Shown piece by piece: positions 24,421 through 34,544 of a stretch of DNA of 44,510 nucleotides; the first letter of the stretch is position 1; each line of letters starts with the position of its first letter. Where the stretch lies: contig BLSG01000291.1 in assembly GCA_012862495.1 (NCBI GenBank), positions 25,509 to 70,018 of the forward strand, in the 5' to 3' direction. The notes beneath the pieces were generated by a model, which was not told the DNA's origin, made no database searches, and was given only the letters and a program-made list of their open reading frames with translations. The DNA comes from Thraustochytrium aureum. Lineage: Eukaryota. The translations under genes and the position numbers were made by a program.

Positions 24421-25247
24421 CTACAGCTTGCTGCGCGGTTGGGCGTCCTTTGCCGTTTTGGGCGTGTGGTTGATATCTCTCTCTGGAGTAAAGGGGCGCG
24501 CAGTCTGCGAAGTGAGCTCGCAGTACTCGCCATCTGGGCCGATAAAGTAGAACGACTCCCAGGTGGTGTTCTCGTCCTTCTTCGGGCCGTAGCCCGTTTC
24601 GAACTCGTCCTGGGCCGCATCAGCAGAGCGTTTGCCCCGCGCGTCAGCGGGCCGCCTGTTGCCTCCCGCAAGGTGTAGAGCTGGGCGCTCACAAGCTCGC
24701 CTGGCCAGTGGACTTACGGTGTGGAAGAGCATTGGACTCACGAAGCCGCAGTCGAGCTTTTTAATACGCCGCCGATATTCGCGAAGCATCGAGGCGTCCA
24801 CGTTCCAGGCCACGTGATTTACCGACCCGTGCGCCGTGGAGAAACTTCCGGTCGTGGCGTTGTCGATGTCAATCGTCGTGAGCCCGGGCTGGCCGGGCGG
24901 CGCGTCTGGAAACCAAAAATACGCCAGGGAGGCCCCATTCCCGCCGTCAAGGAAAAAGTGCTGGCCGCCGTCGGCGAGCGCGATGGTTTTCGTGAGCCGC
25001 ATACCGAGCCCCTCGGCCCAAAACCAAATCGTCCGCGCCATGTCCGACGACACCCACGCCACATGCTAACGCCCGCCCCCCGCGCCGTCAGCCTCCCAGC
25101 CACACGCATCGCGCCCCAGCACCTCGGGACCGAACTCACGTTCACGCCATTGCACTTCAGCCCATCCTCGCGCTCGCGCCCATAGCGCTGTCGAAGCTGC
25201 TGCAAGTCGAGCTGGCACACCTCCTCGTAGCTCAGCTTGTCCGCCAT
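24421..25247 (-). CDS. VOC/glyoxalase-family protein with C-terminal PTS1 (SKL); exons 25247-25140, 25065-24718, 24609-24421
   Basis: Spliced product reads GVNHVAWVSSDMARTIWFW...GQHFFLDGGNGASLAYFWFPDAP...SVNHVAWNV...ESFYFIGPDGEYCELT...PRSKL*. Introns 25066-25139 (GTGAGT..TAG) and 24610-24717 (GTAAGT..CAG). Confidence 0.87.
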
Positions 25248-25896
25248 ATCTTTCGCCCACCGAAACCACCGAAAGCGCCACCCGCAGCCCGCAAGCAAAA
25301 CGCAGCACACACAGGCAGCAGCACACCGCTCGTCTCGGCCGGCCCGCAACCAACTCGCCGCGNNNNNNNNNNNNNNNNNNNNNNNNNNNNNNNNNNNNNN
25401 NNNNNNNNNNNNNNNNNNNNNNNNNNNNNNNNNNNNNNNNNNNNNNNNNNNNNNNNNNNNNNNNNNNNNNNNNNNNNNNNNNNNNNNNNNNNNNNNNNNN
25501 NNNNNNNNNNNNNNNNNNNNNNNNNNNNNNNNNNNNNNNNNNNNNNNNNNNNNNNNNNNNNNNNNNNNNNNNNNNGCTCGAGTCTCGTTCAGGATCTGTC
25601 CGCATCGAGCGCGAACTGCTTGGGACACTCAATGCCCATGTCCGACACCAAGCAGGAGGGTGCCGACAACAGGAATAGAGCCGTTGGGTCCGTTGGCAAT
25701 AGAGCCGTTCCTGGGGTGGACGGCAGTGCTGGGCTGGGCCGGGCCCCGATGGGGTGCAGGCATGCACTTGGCATGGGGCGGCGGTGCCTTGCGAGCGGCG
25801 TGGCGGAGGCCGGCTGACAGGCGGGCCGGCGCTCGGACGGCGTTGTGGCTGGTTTTGTTTTGATTTTGGTTTTGGTTTTGGCGCGGTTGGTCTACG

Positions 25897-27105
25897 ATGG
25901 ACGCGCGTTCGATGCTCGCCAAGTGCGTCGCGCTGGTGACGGCGCGCGTTGCCGAGCTTGATGGCGATGCGCGAAAGCAGCTTTGCGGTGCTGGGGACTG
26001 CCGCGTGGAGGATGCGGGCGGCGATCGGGCCGAGGCTGCGAAGGAGATGGTTCGTGTTTTGAGAAGCCTAGACGTGGCCCAGGGCGCGGCCGTTCAGAGG
26101 CTCGGCGCTCTCGAGCTTCGTAACGCGGAGCTCGAGTCACTGTTGCAAGGCGCCAACGCAGGAAAGAAGCCAAAGCAAGACCGAGCGGAGGAAGAAGAGG
26201 GCAGGTATGAGAGCAGGGTGCAGAACGACGAGTCCACAACAGCTGGCCCCGGAATGCACAAGGAAGCGGCCGAAAAGCTTGCGGGCCAACTAGAAGCCGA
26301 GACCAAAGCGCGCGAAGAGCTCAGCAGCGAGCTCTCGCGCACCGAAACGCGCGTCTCGGTCCTTGAGCAAGAGTTGCAGCAGGCCCGCGAAGAGCTCGAC
26401 CAAGCAGAAAGGTGGCGGATAGACGAACGACACGCGCTGGAGCGCGCCGCAAAAGAGGCACAAGACCGCGCCAGTCGTGAGAAGCGCGCACGGGACGTGG
26501 CCGAGACTAGACTGAAGTTTAGCGTCTCGAAAGACCAGCACGACGAAATCGTGAGTGATCTGGAGGCTCGCCTGCGCTCAACAGCAGAACGCATGGTTGA
26601 GCTCGATAGCAAGTTTAAGCAACTCTGGCAGCAGATGAAAGACGAGAACACCGAGATCAGAGCGCAGGCTGAGCATGACCGGAACGAGCTGGCCAAGGAG
26701 CGCGAGCGAAGAGCTCATGAAGAGGCGCGAGCGAAGAACGCGATTCGGGTGAGTAGGGATATGGAGGCGCGCGCGCAGCTCCTTGAGGAGGACACAAAAA
26801 AACTGCGAAACCTCGTGAAAAGCGTCAAGGAGCAGAGCAAAATCATGCGCACGATTGCGCGTATCCGTACCGAGACGTCTCGAGACTCTGAGTCTTCGAT
26901 GGGTTTTGACGCGCTAGTGCAGACCATCGACAAGGTGCATCGTGAGGTGGAGCGGCAATGCTACCTCTCCGGGGTGATGCAGGACCGCGCAGAGCCCTCT
27001 TCCAACCACCAGCGCCTGCCAGCAAGTGCAAAGTTGTCGGCGCTGCCGTCTGGGCGGCGTGCACTTGCGGGCGGCGCTGCTGGAGCGCCAGTCTCGCAGT
27101 GGTGA
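25897..27105 (+). CDS. Coiled-coil protein of unknown function; may continue to ~27334 or beyond via a frameshift or intron
   Basis: 402-aa ORF rich in E/K/R/Q/L with heptad character (e.g. LSSELSRTETRVSVLEQELQQAREELDQAE). Confidence 0.7.
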   Translation: MDARSMLAKCVALVTARVAELDGDARKQLCGAGDCRVEDAGGDRAEAAKEMVRVLRSLDVAQGAAVQRLGALELRNAELESLLQGANAGKKPKQDRAEEEEGRYESRVQNDESTTAGPGMHKEAAEKLAGQLEAETKAREELSSELSRTETRVSVLEQELQQAREELDQAERWRIDERHALERAAKEAQDRASREKRARDVAETRLKFSVSKDQHDEIVSDLEARLRSTAERMVELDSKFKQLWQQMKDENTEIRAQAEHDRNELAKERERRAHEEARAKNAIRVSRDMEARAQLLEEDTKKLRNLVKSVKEQSKIMRTIARIRTETSRDSESSMGFDALVQTIDKVHREVERQCYLSGVMQDRAEPSSNHQRLPASAKLSALPSGRRALAGGAAGAPVSQW

Positions 27106-28080
27106 CGATCCCCAGTGCGTCCCCTTTCGTCTTGAGCCTCTACGGGGCATCGCCGAAAGAGAAAGCGGATTTAGTGACGAGATTGAACAAGGTGCGGGAA
27201 TGCAAGGCAAGCGACAGGCTCTATCACGACCCCACGGACAGGGCAAGGGGGCGTGCGAGTCCGCCATCCGCATCCATTCGCTGCCGTCGATACCGATACA
27301 CTTTCAGTTTGCCCGAAAAACGGCGCTTGTCTAGCTAGCTTGCTGCACGTCCGGTCGTGCAGGTTTCTCGCGCAGCTCTCCGCCAGCCAAACGTTTTCGA
27401 CAGGCGTTCAGCGCTCGCGTTGTCAACAAAAGGAGGGCGGTCCAAACTTTGGGCACGGCGCTCTTGGAGCGCACCCTGCCCAGCGCCTCCAAGATCAGTT
27501 CAGCAAGTACAGAGCAGCCCTCCAGCGCCTGCGCTCGGGCTTCGGCCATTTTGTGTAATGACAACTGCGCGAGTTCGTCGCGACCGTTGTCGACCGTGGC
27601 AGAGCCCGCAGCGAGGGCCGCGGACGAGACTCGAGCGGATGAGCCTTGCGGCCTTCGAACGTAGAACGATGCGGTCCTGCCAAACGTTTCTTGGATGTGA
27701 CGCTCTCTAGAGCTAGCTAGCTCTAGAGCTCTAGAGGTATAGCTGCACGTTTCAACTCGAGAAGAATAGCGCCCGCCAAACCCTTGGGAGCGTGGAGCAG
27801 CCTGCATCGAATCAAAGTTTCTCAGATGACACAGAAAGCAACTTGATGGCCCAGTATGCGTCTGCCTTGCACAAAGCCCTCGAGCAGATGGCCTGTATCA
27901 ACGCGTATTCCGTGCATGCAGGGGATTGAGGATGGTGGTGAGAATGTTGATGCCATTGACGAACAGTTCGAATGCTGGCCCAACGGATAGCGACAAGACC
28001 CATTCACGCCAGTCCACGTTGACGCAGTTCCGCCACAGGACGAGGGACATGGCAGAAGACCACCAAACGATTTACGAAAG

Positions 28081-28728
28081 ATGCTTGCCAGGAGCGCGGC
28101 GCTCGAGCTCGCAGGCATCGATTCTGGCCTGGATGCCAAGTATGACGCCCAAGTCCTTGGAGACCCGCTCATCACGCTTGAAGCGAAGGCCGCGCGGCTT
28201 GGACGTATCGGCGAGCTCGTGCGCAAGGCGAAAGCGGAGCGAAAGGCGGGCGCGGAGACAGCTCTGGAGACTGTGATGGATGCTTATGCGTCTGCATTTG
28301 TGAAGGATGGCGGCCTTGGCGCGGTCGCCGCAGCGCTCACGCTCGCCGCAGAGAATGTGGCAAGGTCCCAGCGCGGGTACCAAATAAAACGTCGCGCACT
28401 GGAGACGCTAGTGCGAAAGATGCGAGCATCGCTCGAAGGGGAGCGCATCAAGCGCACAGCGCTCGAGAGGGAAAACGAAGAGCTCAAGGCAGCCCTTGAG
28501 GGAGGCGCGCTGTACGCGCACCAGCTTTGCGTTGCCCAGGAGGGAGTCGCGCGAAATGCAGCGCGCCATTTCCATGGAGCGCGAAGCGGCCGAGTTGGTT
28601 CGAGCACATGCGAAGGAGCGCGAAATTCAGTTGAGCGCACAATATGATGCTACTGTGCTGCAGTGCGCCACAGCGCATCGCGAACTCGAGGAACTACGGA
28701 CTCGAGCGGTCTTGGCCGGGCGCAGGCG
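28081..28728 (+). CDS. Coiled-coil coding segment (frameshift ~28535; runs into gap); possibly part of the preceding gene
   Basis: RRALETLVRKMRASLEGERIKRTALERENEELKAAL continues in the +1 frame as RRESREMQRAISMEREAAELVRAHAKEREIQL. Disrupted coding-like sequence extends upstream to ~27826. Confidence 0.55.
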
Positions 28729-30061
28729 NNNNNNNNNNNNNNNNNNNNNNNNNNNNNNNNNNNNNNNNNNNNNNNNNNNNNNNNNNNNNNNNNNNNNNNN
28801 NNNNNNNNNNNNNNNNNNNNNNNNNNNNNNNNNNNNNNNNNNNNNNNNNNNNNNNNNNNNNNNNNNNNNNNNNNNNNNNNNNNNNNNNNNNNNNNNNNNN
28901 NNNNNNNNNNNNNNNNNNNNNNNNNNNNNNNNNNNNNNNNNNNNNNNNNNNNNNNNNNNNNNNNNNNNNNNNNNNNNNNNNNNNNNNNNNNNNNNNNNNN
29001 NNNNNNNNNNNNNNNNNNNNNNNNNNNNNNNNNNNNNNNNNNNNNNNNNNNNNNNNNNNNNNNNNNNNNNNNNNNNNNNNNNNNNNNNNNNNNNNNNNNN
29101 NNNNNNNNNNNNNNNNNNNNNNNNNNNNNNNNNNNNNNNNNNNNNNNNNNNNNNNNNNNNNNNNNNNNNNNNNNNNNNNNNNNNNNNNNNNNNNNNNNNN
29201 NNNNNNNNNNNNNNNNNNNNNNNNNNNNNNNNNNNNNNNNNNNNNNNNNNNNNNNNNNNNNNNNNNNNNNNNNNNNNNNNNNNNNNNNNNNNNNNNNNNN
29301 NNNNNNNNNNNNNNNNNNNNNNNTTCCATTCACTAAGGCAGCAATGATCTCCTTGCATGCGAGTTGCACCCTCAATGTGAGATGGCCTGACGAGGGGCTC
29401 AACCAGCAGCACAACCAAGCGGATTCCCGCTGTGGCGCCTGCATGGTGGCGAGGGAGGCCAGCGCAGACCGATTGGCGGGGACACTACCGCAAAGCTTCC
29501 TCCAGAGCAGAGATACTTCCCTCGCTCTAGCTCTCTAGTGTCGCAACACTCGGCCAAGCACGATGATATTTCCAGCAGAAAGACGGCAATGTGTGCGCGC
29601 TCATTGAACCCCCCCTGTCAAAGGTACGTTTTCGCAGAGCATCGAACTCGTACGGGCAAGGACGATCCTCCTCGGTACGGGGTTGCCTGATCGTCGGATC
29701 TTCCTTGCCTAAACTTTTTAAAAGGCGTGACGTTCGAAAGACCTGCCGTCCTGCCGCGATGTGAAGTTTGGAAAACTCCGCCTGGAGCACTGGCGTCCAG
29801 GTCAACGCTGTTCATGTCCTGGACTGCCTTTCCCGTTGGAGCAGCCTCATCGGTGCAAAAGCAGGTTGACATGTCCCCGTCGGATTGAACCCTGAAGGCA
29901 TTGGCTGACAAGTAGAGCGCTGGAATCATTTCTCCTGGACGTTGCAGACGTGGCCACTTGGCTGCAGCTTGAGTACGTACCGGTACATGCATTCTTTCCA
30001 ACAGCTCACTGGTCTCGCATCGAGCCTCACAAGAGAAGTCGAGGTTCGGAGAATCGCAAAT

Positions 30062-31697
30062 TCAGACTGCTCGCTCTCCCTCCCCACGCATCGCGGTTTC
30101 TACGCGCACTTTCCATGCCATGACGTCCTCGCCAGAGGGGTGCAGTCGCAGACTATGTTCAAAGCAAGCGAGCGCCCCAGCTGAGTCACCAAGTCGAAAC
30201 CGGCAGATCCCCAAATTGTACCACGTCGTATGGTGGTCGCCGCATTGTTCTTGCGAGGCAGAAAAGTGGCCAATGGCGGCCTCGTAAGCCCGCAGGCCCA
30301 TGAGAACCCGACCAAGCTCGAACGAGACGTCCCGGTTTCGATGCAGCCCGTGAAAGTGCCTTTGCGCAACTTGGCGCGCCGCGGCCTCCAGGTCGCGGCT
30401 CTGCCGAGGGGTCGCGAAGGGCGACTGCTCGATGAAAGCCTGCCTAAACTTGAAAAACAAGTCGGCGTCAAAGTTTGCTAGCTGCAGCAGGGCCAGCGCA
30501 AGGCGAATCGAAGGAAAGCTGGGCAAGGCCCTGTCTTGAACGGCGCGCTGGAGCTGAGAAAAGGACTCTGCGTCAAAGGTTGCCATCGAATCAGCCCATT
30601 CGACGGCCAGGCTCGGCGCACGAGGCATCGTGGAGGCCGGCGATGCACTGAACAGGTAGCAAGCGCACTTGAAACCGTGGGACTGTGGCGTTTCCCAGAC
30701 GCGGCCCCCCAACACGCGCTCGACTAGGATCCGAACGGCGACAAAGTTCACCATGAACGAGAAGCTGCCGTGTGACGCGACGTGAGGAGGGTGCTCTCCT
30801 TCCATGTCTGCCAGCGTAGTGTACCCCTTATCGCCGACCAACGCGCAACACGGCCCGCCGGCAAGGCGAGCTAGCGAAAGCAAGGCGCAGAGCCCGCCGA
30901 CAGGGACAAGAAAGCAGGCCTGGCCGGGGCTTTGTGCTTTCGAGCGGCCCAGCTGCTCGACTAGGCCGTCCAGAACACTCTGTAGCTGCATGGGAAACCG
31001 CGCAAGACCTGCGCGACCTGATTTGCTGGTGTAGTATGTGCGTGCTTCGGCTTGGTCCAAGGTGCGGGGCTGCCACTCCCAGCGGACCGGGCCGGCCGGG
31101 TCAGCGCCCGATTGGCCAGCGGCACGGCATCTGTATTCGGAGAGCTGGCTGCCCGAGAGAAAGAAAGCGTCTTGGCGCAGGGTGTCGAATACGTAGTTGG
31201 CAATCACGACGACTGGGCCTTGGAGTTTGTTCGAGGCGGACAGCACCTTGCCGCTCTGGCGCAAGAGGAGCTCTTCCCCGCTCTCGGCGTCAAAGATGGC
31301 GGTTTCTAGCTGACCATCGGCCAAAACGACGCCAGGCGCGGATGTCCCTCGCAGAACGCGAGGTTGCTCTCGAAAGCGTCCGTGGCGATGTACGTGAACG
31401 GCGGCGCGCCCGCTGCAGAGGGTGGTTGCGCGGGCCACAAGCCGTCCTCGCACAGCTGCTGGAGCTCGACCAGGATAAGGAAGGCTAGCTTGCCCGCGCC
31501 AGCCCCAAGCTCCAGCAGCGTGGGCGGGCCGTGGTCCTCAGCCAGCGCGCACGCGAGCCGCGCATACTGCCCCGCCACGAACGCGTTCGCGCTGACAAAG
31601 TCCGGCACCAGGTTTTCGCCCCACGCGCGCGCGCCGCGCTCCTCGTAAAACCCGCGCTGCAGCGTCCACGCGCAGCTGTCCGCCAGTCGGACCCACT
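30062..31697 (-). CDS. SAM-dependent methyltransferase-like (MidA/NDUFAF7-related fold) protein with C-terminal TPRs; 5' end in gap, frameshift ~31325
   Basis: WTLQRGFYEERGARAW...VPDFVSANAFVA, LLELGAGAGKLA, YIATD, VVVIANYVFDTL, DKGY, HGSFSFMVNF. TPRs: FELGRVLMGLRAYEAAIGHF and TWYNLGICRFRLGDSAGALACFEHSLRLHP. Confidence 0.8.
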
Positions 31698-32559
31698 CNN
31701 NNNNNNNNNNNNNNNNNNNNNNNNNNNNNNNNNNNNNNNNNNNNNNNNNNNNNNNNNNNNNNNNNNNNNNNNNNNNNNNNNNNNNNNNNNNNNNNNNNNN
31801 NNNNNNNNNNNNNNNNNNNNNNNNNNNNNNNNNNNNNNNNNNNNNNNNNNNNNNNNNNNNNNNNNNNNNNNNNNNNNNNNNNNNNNNNNNNNNNNNNNNN
31901 NNNNNNNNNNNNNNNNNNNNNNNNNNNNNNNNNNNNNNNNNNNNNNNNNNNNNNNNNNNNNNNNNNNNNNNNNNNNNNNNNNNNNNNNNNNNNNNNNNNN
32001 NNNNNNNNNNNNNNNNNNNNNNNNNNNNNNNNNNNNNNNNNNNNNNNNNNNNNNNNNNNNNNNNNNNNNNNNNNNNNNNNNNNNNNNNNNNNNNNNNNNN
32101 NNNNNNNNNNNNNNNNNNNNNNNNNNNNNNNNNNNNNNNNNNNNNNNNNNNNNNNNNNNNNNNNNNNNNNNNNGAGGGGGAACGGAGGAGGATGGACGCC
32201 GCGCGCGGGCAAGCGAGTGCGGACAGGCAGGCAGGCAACTCGAACCGACAAACAAACCAGACGACCAACCAAGGCCTTCGCACTCTACTCTACTTACGTA
32301 CACAAGTCCTTCGCCGCTGCCGCGAGTTGGGCGCCCAGGCTGCCTGCGGCCGCTCGAGAGGGCCGAGCTGGCTAGCTGCGGGCCGCCGTGGAGTCGCGAG
32401 CCCGCGCCGCCCTGGGCCCTCGCTGGACGGAACGGCCTCGCTCGCTCGACGGGGCGAAGCTACTCTAGTGAGTCCGACCCCGAGCCGCCGTGAATGCCCT
32501 CGCTCGACGGGCCCAAGCTCTCTGTAGACTCTCTTGAAGGAGAGCGAGCTCTAGCGGAG

Positions 32560-33622
32560 CTAGTCGCGAGCCGGAGCCGCGATGGGGCCTTCGGTCTCGT
32601 AGAGGGCGTTCTGGGGCAGCGTCCACCAGAGCTGGCTCCGCGTCGCTCGACCGCCTGCGGAGCGCAGCAGAAGCTTTTCTACGACGAGGACCACGGTGAG
32701 CAGGCCCCAGCCGTCCGAGCAGAGGCCCACCCAGCCGCCAAGCGCGCCGAAGAAGGTGGAGAAGGACTGGGGCGTCTGCGTGACCTCGCGCACGAGGAGC
32801 GAGTCGAAGTACACAATTGCCATGGCGGTGTCCTCGGGGTCGGTCACGCCGCTGTATTGCGGGTTGAGTGGGCCCGTGCCGCCGTTGACCGTGTAAGTGT
32901 ATTCTGTGGGCCCTGGAGCGCCGAGCTCTACGTCGTAAAACGTTGCCGTGGTCAGAGTGAGCGCGCCTTGCATGATCATACCCCTGCCGAAGACGAGGTA
33001 GCCGTCCGAGTTGTCGAGGTCCTCGTAGGTGGTTGTCTCCAGGTCCCTGCCCACGATGCTAGCCGCGTTGAACAGGAACACCTCTGCGCCGAGCCAGATG
33101 TCGTCTGAGGAAGCCTGGTCCCCGTTGAGAATGGCTAGCATGTACACAGAGTTTAGGAGGTAGTAGCCATCCACCTTCTCGGCAGCGCGGATCTGGCTCG
33201 TGGCCCCGAACGCGCAGTGGTACGTGGAGCCGTCGCGGCTCTGCATCATTCGAAGCACAAACGGGATGAGCGTTTCGCCAGAAAAGAAGATGACCTCGGA
33301 CATGGTCACGTTGGACAAGCTCGAGCACATGACCATCTCTGGGAACATGAGCGTGTCCGAGCGGTCCGGCTGCGACACCGACGAAGGCGGGTTGTTGCGC
33401 GAGTCGATGTAGGCACGCACGATGTTGACTGCATTGAAGAGAAACACGCCCACCAGCGCGAGCACCACCGCGATGTTGAACCACGGCAGGCACTTGTACT
33501 GCACGAGCACGCGTCGGCCCAGCCCGGTACGCTGGTACACCCGCTCGGCGCACAAGTTGCGGACGAACGTGTCCGCCGACGCGTCCGAGCTCCCGTCTCG
33601 CGGCAGCCCGTCCTGGCGGGCG
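32560..33622 (-). CDS. Two-TM protein resembling DEG/ENaC/ASIC or PAC (TMEM206) trimeric channels; 5' end in gap
   Basis: TM1 (WFNIAVVLALVGVFLFNAVNIV), then Y..SRNNPPSSVS...LMFPEMVMC, a beta-rich ectodomain, IVYFDSLLVREVTQ, and TM2 FSTFFGALGGWVGLCSDGWGLLTVVLVVE. Confidence 0.65.
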
Positions 33623-34544
33623 NNNNNNNNNNNNNNNNNNNNNNNNNNNNNNNNNNNNNNNNNNNNNNNNNNNNNNNNNNNNNNNNNNNNNNNNNNNNNN
33701 NNNNNNNNNNNNNNNNNNNNNNNNNNNNNNNNNNNNNNNNNNNNNNNNNNNNNNNNNNNNNNNNNNNNNNNNNNNNNNNNNNNNNNNNNNNNNNNNNNNN
33801 NNNNNNNNNNNNNNNNNNNNNNNNNNNNNNNNNNNNNNNNNNNNNNNNNNNNNNNNNNNNNNNNNNNNNNNNNNNNNNNNNNNNNNNNNNNNNNNNNNNN
33901 NNNNNNNNNNNNNNNNNNNNNNNNNNNNNNNNNNNNNNNNNNNNNNNNNNNNNNNNNNNNNNNNNNNNNNNNNNNNNNNNNNNNNNNNNNNNNNNNNNNN
34001 NNNNNNNNNNNNNNNNNNNNNNNNNNNNNNNNNNNNNNNNNNNNNNNNNNNNNNNNNNNNNNNNNNNNNNNNNNNNNNNNNNNNNNNNNNNNNNNNNNNN
34101 NNNNNNNNNNNNNNNNNNNNNNNNNNNNNNNNNNNNNNNNNNNNNNNNNNNNNNNNNNNNNNNNNNNNNNNNNNNNNNNNNNNNNNNNNNNNNNNNNNNN
34201 NNNNNNNNNNNNNNNNNNNNNNNNNNNNNNNNNNNNNNNNNNNNNNNNNNNNNNNNNNNNNNNNNNNNNNNNNNNNNNNNNNNNNNNNNNNNNNNNNNNN
34301 NNNNNNNNNNNNNNNNNNNNNNNNNNNNNNNNNNNNNNNNNNNNNNNNNNNNNNNNNNNNNNNNNNNNNNNNNNNNNNNNNNNNNNNNNNNNNNNNNNNN
34401 NNNNNNNNNNNNNNNNNNNNAGCTAGCGCAACACGGTCGAAGGCGAGGACAGCTTCTCACAAAAGATTACTTGTTGTTCCCCCCTTCACTGCAAGCCCTC
34501 AACGTCCACAGACCAAGCACGTAGGTATAGCCTACGCTCATTTG

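Noticed and set aside
25675..25709. 12-bp direct repeat AATAGAGCCGTT in a divergent intergenic region
   Set aside because: Only two copies; function cannot be supported.
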